20,033 nucleotides of DNA from Escherichia coli (GTDB lineage Bacteria; Pseudomonadota; Gammaproteobacteria; Enterobacterales; Enterobacteriaceae), in assembly GCF_003334315.1 (NCBI RefSeq), contig NZ_QOWR01000069.1; one strand, written 5' to 3'. Made by a program: the position numbers and the translations under genes. Shown here piece after piece: positions 1 through 10,313 of this stretch. The notes under the pieces are model-generated. The model searched no databases and was not told where the DNA came from. It worked only from the letters and a program-made list of their open reading frames with translations. Position 1 is the stretch's first letter. The number at the start of each line of letters is the position of its first letter.

Positions 1-83
1 CCGCCGGGAGCGGATTTGAACGTTGCGAAGCAACGGCCCGGAGGGTGGCGGGCAGGACGCCCGCCATAAACTGCCAGGCATCA
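1..83 (+). other. Distal trailer of an rRNA operon; ends in a 5S-rRNA-like 3' fragment (aactgccaggcat)
   Basis: Sequence matches what I recall of the rrn T1-T2 spacer/5S-like remnant; the following genes (mobB-mobA) are the ones I remember flanking an rrn operon in E. coli. From memory, no search. Confidence 0.5.
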
Positions 84-91
84 AATTAAGC

Positions 92-122
92 AGAAGGCCA
101 TCCTGACGGATGGCCTTTTTGC
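92..122 (+). terminator. Rho-independent terminator, rrn T2-like
   Basis: Perfect GC-rich inverted repeat aaggccatcc / ggatggcctt (94-103 / 108-117) with a 4-nt loop, followed by a T-run. Confidence 0.75.
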
Positions 123-182
123 ATTGGTGCAGAAAAAAATGCCGGATGCGACGCTGGCGCGTCTTATCCAGCCTACTCTTGC

Positions 183-710
183 TTATCCGTTCTGCTTTTG
201 CATCCACTCCACCACAAAATCAGCCAGCCCCTCAACATCATTAATATCCAGTAATGCGACATCAAGATTAAGCGGCACATCACTGGCTACAGCAATAACA
301 TGCCTGTCTATCACTAATTCTTCAGGTCGATGTCCGGCTCCATCGCGAAACAGCACAATCTTTGCGATCTCTTCATGCTTAAACCCTTCGACCAGAATCA
401 AATCCAGCTTTGAGGTATCCATTCGACTTGCGAGAAACTGTAGATCCAGCTCTTCTTCGTCTGGTGTTTCCGTCATCAAGGCCCATCGTTGCTGGCTGGC
501 AACGATGGTTTGTGCCGCACCAGCCTTGCGCAGCTCATAGCTATCTTTGCCTGGCTTATCAACATCCATATCATGGTGCGTATGCTTAATCAGCCCTGGA
601 CGGATCCCTCTGGCGCATAATGCCGGGATCAGTTTTTTCAAAAGCGTAGTTTTTCCGGTACCACTCCACGCGGCAAAGGCGAGTAACGGTATCATCGTTT
701 TTCCTGCCAT
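183..710 (-). CDS. mobB: Molybdopterin-guanine dinucleotide biosynthesis adapter protein MobB
   Basis: ORF-track 175 aa with Walker A motif [10 protein letters not shown]. Alternative internal start at 695 (MIPLL...) would overlap the mobA stop as ATGA; the start at 710 has a GAGGAG SD 8 nt upstream. Confidence 0.9.
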   Translation of the reverse strand: MAGKTMIPLLAFAAWSGTGKTTLLKKLIPALCARGIRPGLIKHTHHDMDVDKPGKDSYELRKAGAAQTIVASQQRWALMTETPDEEELDLQFLASRMDTSKLDLILVEGFKHEEIAKIVLFRDGAGHRPEELVIDRHVIAVASDVPLNLDVALLDINDVEGLADFVVEWMQKQNG

Positions 711-1276
711 CGGGCAAGCTCCTCTGGCGTATTCACGTTAACAAATGCATCTTTATGATCGCTGAAATCAACCGCATGACCGCCAGCCAGACGCATAAAT
801 GCCATTACCCGGCGTTCTCCTGCTTGCAGATATTCCAGTAATAAAGGCTCAATAGCGCGGTTTACCAGAGCAATAGTCGGGTGATCGCGTTCACCGTCAT
901 GGACCCACACGACAGGCGCATCTTTGCGCTGATGATTAAGCCTGGCTGCTAAATCAGGGGGAATGTAAGGCGTATCGCACGGGCAAAACAAAAACCACTC
1001 ACCAGCTTCCTGCTGCATTACTGAAAGCATTCCTGCCAGAGGGCCTGGGTAATCCGCCAGTGAATCTTCAATCACTTTCAGACCGCTTGCCTGATAGATT
1101 TCCTGATGACGATTAGCATTAACCACGACGTGAGAGAGCTGCGTCATAAGCGCGTCAGCGACATGTTGCCATAATGGTTTGCCGTTTAATTCAAGCAATC
1201 CTTTATCTACGCCGCCCATTCGTCTGGCTTTACCGCCTGCCAGCACAACGCCTGTTATCGTCGTCATCAGATTCAC
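692..1276 (-). CDS. mobA: Molybdenum cofactor guanylyltransferase MobA
   Basis: 194 aa ORF with N-terminal [11 protein letters not shown] nucleotide-binding motif; stop overlaps the mobB start region, consistent with a mobAB operon. Confidence 0.95.
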
Positions 1277-1345
1277 CGATATCGCCTCTTTTATTGTGGG
1301 ATTGACCCTGCTAACGTGTCTGTCTCAAGAGTAAGGAGCATCACT

Positions 1346-1615
1346 ATGAAATGTAAACGTCTGAATGAAGTTATTGAACTCCTCCAGCCAGCCTGGCAAA
1401 AAGAGCCAGACCTTAACCTGCTGCAATTTTTGCAGAAACTGGCGAAAGAGTCAGGTTTTGACGGCGAACTGGCGGATTTGACGGATGACATTCTGATCTA
1501 TCACCTGAAAATGCGTGATTCCGCGAAAGATGCGGTGATCCCGGGTTTGCAGAAAGATTATGAAGAAGACTTCAAAACGGCGCTGTTACGCGCTCGCGGC
1601 GTAATTAAAGAGTAA
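1346..1615 (+). CDS. yihD: Conserved small protein YihD (DUF1040)
   Basis: ORF-track ORF starts at 1316; I trimmed to ATG 1346 (MKCKRLNEV..., 89 aa), which has a TAAGGAG SD at 1332-1338. Confidence 0.85.
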
Positions 1616-1691
1616 AAGCTTGTAAGCGGCGCCACCAAAATCATCGTGAAATGATATCCTTCGTCATTCGTAATGTTTTCCGGATGATGGG

Positions 1692-2678
1692 ATGAATAAC
1701 AGCGCTTTTACTTTCCAGACACTACACCCGGATACCATCATGGACGCTCTGTTTGAGCATGGGATCCGGGTGGATTCCGGTCTTACCCCGCTTAACAGCT
1801 ATGAAAACCGTGTCTATCAATTTCAGGACGAAGATCGTCGACGTTTTGTCGTCAAATTTTATCGCCCTGAACGTTGGACAGCCGATCAAATCCTCGAAGA
1901 ACATCAATTTGCGTTGCAGCTGGTAAATGATGAAGTTCCGGTCGCAGCACCTGTGGCCTTTAACGGTCAGACTTTATTGAATCATCAGGGATTTTATTTC
2001 GCTGTTTTTCCAAGCGTCGGTGGTCGCCAGTTCGAAGCTGATAATATCGATCAGATGGAAGCGGTTGGGCGTTATTTAGGGCGTATGCACCAGACGGGGC
2101 GCAAACAGCTTTTTATCCATCGCCCGACCATCGGTTTGAACGAATATCTCATTGAGCCACGCAAGCTGTTTGAGGACGCTACACTGATACCTTCCGGGTT
2201 GAAAGCGGCATTCCTGAAAGCGACAGATGAGCTGATTGCCGCCGTTACAGCACACTGGCGGGAAGATTTCACCGTTCTGCGGCTACATGGAGACTGCCAC
2301 GCCGGGAATATTCTCTGGCGCGATGGTCCAATGTTTGTTGATCTGGATGATGCACGTAATGGTCCAGCCGTTCAGGATTTGTGGATGTTGCTCAATGGCG
2401 ATAAAGCCGAGCAGCGGATACAACTGGAAACTATTATTGAAGCTTATGAAGAATTTAGCGAGTTCGACACCGCTGAAATCGGACTGATTGAACCTTTACG
2501 CGCCATGCGTTTGGTTTATTATCTTGCCTGGCTAATGCGGCGTTGGGCTGATCCCGCGTTCCCGAAAAATTTCCCGTGGTTAACCGGGGAAGATTACTGG
2601 CTGCGACAGACGGCGACTTTTATAGAACAGGCAAAAGTTCTACAAGAACCCCCTTTGCAATTAACACCTATGTATTAA
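1692..2678 (+). CDS. srkA: Stress-response Ser/Thr protein kinase SrkA (YihE/RdoA)
   Basis: 328 aa; eukaryotic-like kinase catalytic loop HGDCHAGNILW and DLDD metal-binding motif; sits immediately upstream of dsbA as in the known yihE-dsbA operon. Confidence 0.9.
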   Translation: MNNSAFTFQTLHPDTIMDALFEHGIRVDSGLTPLNSYENRVYQFQDEDRRRFVVKFYRPERWTADQILEEHQFALQLVNDEVPVAAPVAFNGQTLLNHQGFYFAVFPSVGGRQFEADNIDQMEAVGRYLGRMHQTGRKQLFIHRPTIGLNEYLIEPRKLFEDATLIPSGLKAAFLKATDELIAAVTAHWREDFTVLRLHGDCHAGNILWRDGPMFVDLDDARNGPAVQDLWMLLNGDKAEQRIQLETIIEAYEEFSEFDTAEIGLIEPLRAMRLVYYLAWLMRRWADPAFPKNFPWLTGEDYWLRQTATFIEQAKVLQEPPLQLTPMY

Positions 2679-2694
2679 TCGGAGAGAGTAGATC

Positions 2695-3321
2695 ATGAAA
2701 AAGATTTGGCTGGCGCTGGCTGGTTTAGTTTTAGCGTTTAGCGCATCGGCGGCGCAGTATGAAGATGGTAAACAGTACACTACCCTGGAAAAACCGGTAG
2801 CTGGCGCGCCGCAAGTGCTGGAGTTTTTCTCTTTCTTCTGCCCGCACTGCTATCAGTTTGAAGAAGTTCTGCATATTTCTGATAATGTGAAGAAAAAACT
2901 GCCGGAAGGCGTGAAGATGACTAAATACCACGTCAACTTCATGGGTGGTGACCTGGGCAAAGATCTGACTCAGGCATGGGCTGTGGCGATGGCGCTGGGC
3001 GTGGAAGACAAAGTGACTGTTCCGCTGTTTGAAGGCGTACAGAAAACCCAGACCATTCGTTCTGCTTCTGATATCCGCGATGTATTTATCAACGCAGGTA
3101 TTAAAGGTGAAGAGTACGACGCGGCGTGGAACAGCTTCGTGGTGAAATCTCTGGTCGCTCAGCAGGAAAAAGCTGCAGCTGACGTGCAATTGCGTGGCGT
3201 TCCGGCGATGTTTGTTAACGGTAAATATCAGCTGAATCCGCAGGGTATGGATACCAGCAATATGGATGTTTTTGTTCAGCAGTATGCTGATACAGTGAAA
3301 TATCTGTCCGAGAAAAAATAA
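2695..3321 (+). CDS. dsbA: Periplasmic thiol:disulfide oxidoreductase DsbA
   Basis: 208 aa with signal peptide ([19 protein letters not shown]) and thioredoxin-fold active site CPHC; GGAGAG SD upstream. Confidence 0.97.
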
Positions 3322-3338
3322 TTCAATGTAAATTACAT

Positions 3339-3368
3339 AAAGCCCGTGAATATTCACGGGCTTTTTTT
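3339..3368 (+). terminator. Rho-independent terminator downstream of dsbA
   Basis: Inverted repeat agcccgtg / cacgggct with 6-nt loop, followed by a run of seven T. Confidence 0.8.
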
Positions 3369-3475
3369 ATTATTTAATAAATATAAATACATTCTGATAA
3401 TGCATCCTGCCGCTGGACATTATTTCAGCATAAGTGGATATTCAAAGTTTTGCTGTTTTATCAGGGAATATTTAT

Positions 3476-4906
3476 ATGATACGTAAGTCAGCTACAGGTG
3501 TTATTGTTGCGTTAGCCGTAATCTGGGGTGGTGGCACATGGTACACAGGTACGCAAATTCAGCCTGGTGTCGAAAAATTTATTAAAGATTTTAACGATGC
3601 TAAAAAGAAAGGTGAACATGCCTACGATATGACGTTAAGTTATCAAAATTTTGACAAAGGCTTTTTTAATTCCCGTTTTCAAATGCAAATGACATTCGAT
3701 AACGGTGCACCCGATCTCAATATCAAGCCAGGCCAGAAAGTTGTATTTGATGTGGATGTTGAGCACGGTCCGTTGCCCATCACAATGTTAATGCATGGTA
3801 ATGTCATCCCAGCACTGGCAGCGGCAAAAGTGAACTTAGTGAATAATGAACTGACACAACCGCTATTTATCGCCGCGAAAAATAAATCGCCCGTGGAAGC
3901 GACATTGCGATTCGCGTTTGGTGGCTCATTCTCTACGACATTAGATGTTGCCCCTGCAGAGTATGGAAAGTTTTCTTTTGGTGAGGGCCAGTTTACTTTT
4001 AATGGTGATGGTAGTTCATTGTCTAACCTGGATATTGAAGGCAAAGTCGAAGATATTGTTCTGCAATTATCACCAATGAACAAAGTAACGGCAAAAAGTT
4101 TTACCATTGATTCTCTGGCGCGATTAGAAGAAAAGAAATTTCCGGTTGGTGAAAGCGAGTCGAAATTTAATCAGATTAACATTATCAATCACGGGGAAGA
4201 CGTTGCCCAAATCGATGCTTTCGTTGCAAAAACCAGGCTGGATCGCGTTAAAGACAAAGATTATATCAATGTCAATCTCACCTACGAACTTGATAAGTTA
4301 ACAAAAGGGAATCAGCAACTCGGTAGTGGTGAGTGGTCATTGATTGCTGAATCTATTGATCCCTCAGCAGTGCGCCAATTTATCATCCAGTATAACATTG
4401 CGATGCAGAAGCAGCTTGCTGCACACCCTGAGTTAGCAAACGATGAAGTTGCTCTGCAAGAAGTGAATGCTGCATTGTTCAAAGAGTATTTACCGTTATT
4501 ACAAAAAAGTGAGCCGACCATTAAACAACCGGTAAGATGGAAGAACGCACTCGGCGAACTAAATGCCAATCTGGATATCAGTATTGCCGACCCAGCCAAA
4601 TCTTCATCATCCACAAACAAAGATATCAAATCGCTCAATTTTGATGTGAAGTTACCGCTTAATGTCGTCACAGAAACCGCAAAACAGCTTAATTTATCTG
4701 AAGGAATGGATGCGGAAAAAGCGCAAAAGCAGGCTGATAAACAAATCAGCGGGATGATGACATTAGGTCAGATGTTTCAGTTAATCACGATTGACAACAA
4801 TACCGCCTCGCTGCAGCTGCGTTATACACCGGGTAAAGTTGTTTTTAACGGACAGGAGATGAGCGAAGAAGAATTTATGTCTCGTGCCGGACGTTTTGTT
4901 CATTAA
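3476..4906 (+). CDS. yihF: DUF945-family protein YihF, N-terminal membrane anchor or signal, function unknown
   Basis: ORF-track ORF begins at GTG 3434; I prefer ATG 3476 (MIRKSATGVIVALAVIWGGG..., 476 aa), preceded by an AGGGA SD. Hydrophobic N-terminus, remainder hydrophilic. Confidence 0.85.
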   Translation: MIRKSATGVIVALAVIWGGGTWYTGTQIQPGVEKFIKDFNDAKKKGEHAYDMTLSYQNFDKGFFNSRFQMQMTFDNGAPDLNIKPGQKVVFDVDVEHGPLPITMLMHGNVIPALAAAKVNLVNNELTQPLFIAAKNKSPVEATLRFAFGGSFSTTLDVAPAEYGKFSFGEGQFTFNGDGSSLSNLDIEGKVEDIVLQLSPMNKVTAKSFTIDSLARLEEKKFPVGESESKFNQINIINHGEDVAQIDAFVAKTRLDRVKDKDYINVNLTYELDKLTKGNQQLGSGEWSLIAESIDPSAVRQFIIQYNIAMQKQLAAHPELANDEVALQEVNAALFKEYLPLLQKSEPTIKQPVRWKNALGELNANLDISIADPAKSSSSTNKDIKSLNFDVKLPLNVVTETAKQLNLSEGMDAEKAQKQADKQISGMMTLGQMFQLITIDNNTASLQLRYTPGKVVFNGQEMSEEEFMSRAGRFVH

Positions 4907-4910
4907 AATA

Positions 4911-4941
4911 CTCACTCGCCTCTGCTCATTCAGAGGCGAGT
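4911..4941. terminator. Hairpin between convergent yihF and yihG, likely bidirectional terminator
   Basis: Inverted repeat actcgcctctg / cagaggcgagt (4914-4924 / 4931-4941) with a 6-nt loop, in the 40-bp gap between two convergent stop codons. Confidence 0.55.
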
Positions 4942-4946
4942 AAAAC

Positions 4947-5879
4947 TTACTTATTCTGACGCTGTGATGACATGAGAGACGTCAGAAGCCGGTCTTTTTC
5001 CTGCCACAATGAGTTCAGCCATTGCTGAAAATGGCGCTTAAAGCTTTTGTCATTGATGTAGTCGCCATGTAACTCATCGGCAATAGGCTGTAAATCCACA
5101 TGTACGACAATCCGCGTCAGTTTACCGCTTAACATATCGAAGAACGGCTGACGGTTATTGTCCGGATAACACAGCGTAACATTAAGCAGTTTATCGAATT
5201 GTTTACCCAGTACATTTAGCGCCATCGCAATGCCTGCCGCCTTTGGTGGCAACAAGTTTTGAAAAGTGGAGTGGGTTTGCTGATGTTTTTCTTGCGTGAA
5301 ACGGGAGCCTTCAACGAAATTGACAATGGTGGTGGGATGCAGGCGAAACTTTTCACAAGAACGCCGAGTGGTTTCAACATCTTTACCACGTCGCTCCGGA
5401 TGACGTAATAAATAAGCGCGGGAATAACGCTTCATAAACGGCATATCCAGCGACCAGCACGCCAGGCCAAGAAATGGCACCCAGGCCAGCTGTTGCTTGA
5501 GGAAATATTTATTCATCGGAATGTGCTTACGAAACAGCACGCACAGTACGACAATATCTGCCCAACTACGGTGGTTACAAATAAGCAGATACCAGTTCTT
5601 CTTACTTAACCCTTCCAGCCCGTGAACTTCCCATTGCAGGTGTGGGTTCAGATGCAGTAATACCGCCAGACCTTCACACCAGCAATACATCATAAAATCA
5701 CAAAAACGCGAAACCTTTCGCCAAATGACTGGCACAGGTAGCAATAGTTTTACAATCCCGGCAATGATGATCGGGACGGAACAAAAAATAGTGACCAAAA
5801 TGGTCAATACGATACTCAGCAAAAGGGTTATCGCAGCGAGTATTCTCGTCATAATGAATTTATTCAAAAGGTTAGCCAT
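4947..5879 (-). CDS. yihG: PlsC-family (lysophospholipid) acyltransferase YihG
   Basis: Acyltransferase HX4D motif (CNHRSWADI) and N-terminal transmembrane segment; start chosen at the MANLLNKF... Met (310 aa) rather than the ORF-track upstream Met at 5903. Confidence 0.85.
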
Positions 5880-5969
5880 AGACAGTGCGCTAAAGAAGCG
5901 CAAGGCGCAGATTTTAGCAGAAAACGACCCAAATAACGGATGATCCTTAAGGAGAAAAATAATTCATAT

Positions 5970-5978
5970 CTATCCACA
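5970..5978. promoter_or_regulatory. DnaA-box-like 9-mer (ctatccaca, 8/9 match to TTATCCACA) in yihG-polA divergent promoter region
   Basis: Direct sequence match to the DnaA box consensus with one mismatch. Confidence 0.35.
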
Positions 5979-6110
5979 TTAGAAAAAATCCCATTATCTC
6001 AATTATTAGGGATGGATTTATTATTAACTGCATGAAAAACAAAGACAAACATCATGCTGTAAAAAGCATGATAATAAATTAAAAGCGATGTAAATAATTT
6101 ATGCACAAAG

Positions 6111-6119
6111 TTATCCACA
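6111..6119. promoter_or_regulatory. Consensus DnaA box TTATCCACA about 125 bp upstream of the polA start
   Basis: Exact 9/9 match to TTATCCACA; polA transcription is reported to be DnaA-responsive. Confidence 0.55.
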
Positions 6120-6242
6120 TGACGATTTGCGAGCGATCCAGAAGATCTACAAAAGATTTTCACGAAAAGCGGTGAAAAACTCATGTTTTCATCCTGTCTG
6201 TGGCATCCTTTACCCATAATCTGATAAACAGGCACGGACATT

Positions 6243-9029
6243 ATGGTTCAGATCCCCCAAAATCCACTTATCCTTGTAGATGGTTCATCTTATCTTTATC
6301 GCGCATATCACGCGTTTCCCCCGCTGACTAACAGCGCAGGCGAGCCGACCGGTGCGATGTATGGTGTCCTCAACATGCTGCGCAGTCTGATCATGCAATA
6401 TAAACCGACGCATGCAGCGGTGGTCTTTGACGCCAAGGGAAAAACCTTTCGTGATGAACTGTTTGAACATTACAAATCACATCGCCCGCCAATGCCGGAC
6501 GATCTGCGTGCACAAATCGAACCCTTGCACGCGATGGTTAAAGCGATGGGACTGCCGCTGCTGGCGGTTTCTGGCGTAGAAGCGGACGACGTTATCGGTA
6601 CTCTGGCGCGCGAAGCCGAAAAAGCCGGGCGTCCGGTGCTGATCAGCACTGGCGATAAAGATATGGCGCAGCTGGTGACGCCAAATATTACGCTTATCAA
6701 TACCATGACGAATACCATCCTCGGACCGGAAGAGGTGGTGAATAAGTACGGCGTGCCGCCAGAACTGATCATCGATTTCCTGGCGCTGATGGGTGACTCC
6801 TCTGATAACATTCCTGGCGTACCGGGCGTCGGTGAAAAAACCGCGCAGGCATTGCTGCAAGGTCTTGGCGGACTGGATACGCTGTATGCCGAGCCAGAAA
6901 AAATTGCTGGGTTGAGCTTCCGTGGCGCGAAAACAATGGCAGCGAAGCTCGAGCAAAACAAAGAAGTTGCTTATCTCTCATACCAGCTGGCGACGATTAA
7001 AACCGACGTTGAACTGGAGCTGACCTGTGAACAACTGGAAGTGCAGCAACCGGCAGCGGAAGAGTTGTTGGGGCTGTTCAAAAAGTATGAGTTCAAACGC
7101 TGGACTGCTGATGTCGAAGCGGGCAAATGGTTACAGGCCAAAGGGGCAAAACCAGCCGCGAAGCCACAGGAAACCAGTGTTGCAGACGAAGCACCAGAAG
7201 TGACGGCAACGGTGATTTCTTATGACAACTACGTCACCATCCTTGATGAAGAAACACTGAAAGCGTGGATTGCGAAGCTGGAAAAAGCGCCGGTATTTGC
7301 ATTTGATACCGAAACCGACAGCCTTGATAACATCTCTGCTAACCTGGTCGGGCTTTCTTTTGCTATCGAGCCAGGCGTAGCGGCATATATTCCGGTTGCT
7401 CATGATTATCTTGATGCGCCCGATCAAATCTCTCGCGAGCGTGCACTCGAGTTGCTAAAACCGCTGCTGGAAGATGAAAAGGCGCTGAAGGTCGGGCAAA
7501 ACCTGAAATACGATCGCGGTATTCTGGCGAACTACGGCATTGAACTGCGTGGGATTGCGTTTGATACCATGCTGGAGTCCTACATTCTCAATAGCGTTGC
7601 CGGGCGTCACGATATGGACAGCCTCGCGGAACGTTGGTTGAAGCACAAAACCATCACTTTTGAAGAGATTGCTGGTAAAGGCAAAAATCAACTGACCTTT
7701 AACCAGATTGCCCTCGAAGAAGCCGGACGTTACGCCGCCGAAGATGCAGATGTCACCTTGCAGTTGCATCTGAAAATGTGGCCGGATCTGCAAAAACACA
7801 AAGGGCCGTTGAACGTCTTCGAGAATATCGAAATGCCGCTGGTGCCGGTGCTTTCACGCATTGAACGTAACGGTGTGAAGATCGATCCGAAAGTGCTGCA
7901 CAATCATTCTGAAGAGCTCACCCTTCGTCTGGCTGAGCTGGAAAAGAAAGCGCATGAAATTGCAGGTGAGGAATTTAACCTTTCTTCCACCAAGCAGTTA
8001 CAAACCATTCTCTTTGAAAAACAGGGCATTAAACCGCTGAAGAAAACGCCGGGTGGCGCGCCGTCAACGTCGGAAGAGGTACTGGAAGAACTGGCGCTGG
8101 ACTATCCGTTGCCAAAAGTGATTCTGGAGTATCGTGGTCTGGCGAAGCTGAAATCGACCTACACCGACAAGCTGCCGCTGATGATCAACCCGAAAACCGG
8201 GCGTGTGCATACCTCTTATCACCAGGCAGTAACTGCAACGGGACGTTTATCGTCAACCGATCCTAACCTGCAAAACATTCCGGTGCGTAACGAAGAAGGT
8301 CGTCGTATCCGCCAGGCGTTTATTGCGCCAGAGGATTATGTGATTGTCTCAGCGGACTACTCGCAGATTGAACTGCGCATTATGGCGCATCTTTCGCGTG
8401 ACAAAGGCTTGCTGACCGCATTCGCGGAAGGAAAAGATATCCACCGGGCAACGGCGGCAGAAGTGTTTGGTTTGCCACTGGAAACCGTCACCAGCGAGCA
8501 ACGCCGTAGCGCGAAAGCGATCAACTTTGGTCTGATTTATGGCATGAGTGCTTTCGGTCTGGCGCGGCAATTGAACATTCCACGTAAAGAAGCGCAGAAG
8601 TACATGGACCTTTACTTCGAACGCTACCCTGGCGTGCTGGAGTATATGGAACGCACCCGTGCTCAGGCGAAAGAGCAGGGCTACGTTGAAACGCTGGACG
8701 GACGCCGTCTGTATCTGCCGGATATCAAATCCAGCAATGGTGCTCGTCGTGCAGCGGCTGAACGTGCAGCCATTAATGCGCCAATGCAGGGAACCGCCGC
8801 CGACATTATCAAACGGGCGATGATTGCCGTTGATGCGTGGTTACAGGCTGAGCAACCGCGTGTACGTATGATCATGCAGGTACACGATGAACTGGTATTT
8901 GAAGTTCATAAAGATGATGTTGATGCCGTCGCGAAGCAGATTCATCAACTGATGGAAAACTGTACCCGTCTGGATGTGCCGTTGCTGGTGGAAGTGGGGA
9001 GTGGCGAAAACTGGGATCAGGCGCACTAA
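6243..9029 (+). CDS. polA: DNA polymerase I
   Basis: 928 aa; N-terminal 5'-3' exonuclease region and family-A polymerase motifs DYSQIELR (motif A), [14 protein letters not shown] (motif B), QVHDEL (motif C). Confidence 0.98.
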
Positions 9030-9176
9030 GATTCGCCTGAACATGCCCTTTTTTCGTAAGTAAGCAACATAAGCTGTCACGTTTTGTGATGGCTATTAGA
9101 AATTCCTATGCAACAACTGAAAAAAAATTACAAAAAGTGCTTTCTGAACTGAACAAAAAAGAGTAAAGTTAGTCGC

Positions 9177-9285
9177 GTAGGGTACAGAGGTAAGATGTTC
9201 TATCTTTCAGACCTTTTACTTCACGTAATCGGATTTGGCTGAATATTTTAGCCGCCCCAGTCAGTAATGACTGGGGCGTTTTTTA
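9177..9285 (+). ncRNA. spf: Spot 42 small regulatory RNA
   Basis: Sequence gtagggtacagaggtaagatgttctatctttcagacc... ending in the terminator hairpin ccccagtcagtaatgactgggg plus T-run, recognised as Spot 42; -10-like taaagt at 9164-9169. Confidence 0.9.
9195..9242 (+). CDS. spfP: 15-aa small protein encoded within Spot 42 (SpfP-like), MFYLSDLLLHVIGFG
   Basis: ATG at 9195 preceded by AGAGG; 15 sense codons then TGA, translated by hand. A dual-function Spot 42 peptide has been reported. Confidence 0.5.
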   Translation: MFYLSDLLLHVIGFG

Positions 9286-9310
9286 TTGGGCGAAAGAAAA
9301 GATCCGTAAT

Positions 9311-9389
9311 GCCTGATGCGCTATGTTTATCAGGCCAACGGTAGAATTGTAATCTATTGAATTTACGGGCCGGATACGCCACATCCGGC
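9311..9389. repeat. REP-type palindromic units between spf and the 3' end of engB
   Basis: Two imperfect palindromes: gcctgatgcg...ttatcaggcc (9311-9336) and gccggatacgccacatccggc (9369-9389). Confidence 0.6.
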
Positions 9390-9410
9390 ACAAGCATTAA
9401 GGCAAGAAAA

Positions 9411-10043
9411 TTATTCGCCGTCCTGCGTTTCTTCTACAGGCTGCATCTCGCTAAACCAGGTATCCAGTTTCTGCCGCAGCTTGTCCACGCCTTGTTTCTT
9501 CAACGAAGAAAACGTTTCAACCTGCACATCACCGTTAAACGCCAGTACAGCTTCACGCACCATATTCAATTGCGCTTTACGTGCGCCGCTTGCCAGTTTG
9601 TCCGCTTTGGTCAGCAGCACCAGAACGGCGATATTGCTGTCTACCGCCCACTCAATCATCTGCTGATCCAAATCTTTCAGCGGATGGCGAATATCCATTA
9701 GCACCACCAGACCTTGCAGGCTCTGACGTTTTTCGAGGTATTCGCCGAGCGCACGCTGCCATTTGCGCTTCATCTCTTCCGGGACTTCCGCATAACCGTA
9801 CCCAGGCAAGTCAACCAGACGCTTGCCGTCAGCCACTTCAAACAGGTTGATAAGCTGGGTGCGCCCTGGGGTTTTTGAGGTACGAGCCAGGCTTTTCTGG
9901 TTAGTCAGCGTGTTCAGCGCGCTGGATTTACCTGCGTTGGAACGGCCTGCAAAAGCCACTTCAATTCCGGTATCGGAAGGTAGGTGGCGAATATCAGGCG
10001 CACTCATCACAAAATGCGTCTGTTGATAATTCAAATTAGTCAA
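9411..10043 (-). CDS. engB: Ribosome-biogenesis GTPase EngB (YihA)
   Basis: 210 aa with G1 motif GRSNAGKSS and DLPGYG G3 region. Confidence 0.95.
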
Positions 10044-10313
10044 AGCGGTCGTCTCCGTCAGTCAAAGCTTTGTGGCGATTATACCTGAACCATAATAAAA
10101 GGCGGATTTTTCGGCGTGAGCGTTGTAAGTAAAAGCCATACGCTTTGTGAGACATTGCCGATAGTCTTTATGCGAAATAGCAGAGAAAATTCTACGATGC
10201 ATGTCAAATAAGCTATATAAATCAGTGAATTGCTTTTATATAAAACTCTGAAAATGTGCAAATACTGATGGCGGTTGATTGTTTGTTTAAAGCAAAGGCG
10301 TAAAGTAGCACCC

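Noticed and set aside
1-122. Possible cloning-vector contamination (rrnB T1T2-type terminator sequence)
   Set aside because: The sequence continues without a break into chromosomal mobB-mobA in the arrangement expected next to an rrn operon.
2731-3357. 208-aa minus-strand ORF mirroring dsbA
   Set aside because: It is antisense to dsbA, whose signal peptide and CPHC site are unambiguous, and its translation is His/Phe/Arg-rich and implausible.
5999-6241. 80-aa minus-strand ORF in the yihG-polA intergenic region
   Set aside because: It sits in an AT-rich promoter region, has no SD and a low-complexity translation; more likely regulatory DNA.
6285-8875. Multiple 60-163 aa ORFs antisense to or out of frame within polA
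   Set aside because: polA fully accounts for this region and none has an SD or a recognisable protein signature.
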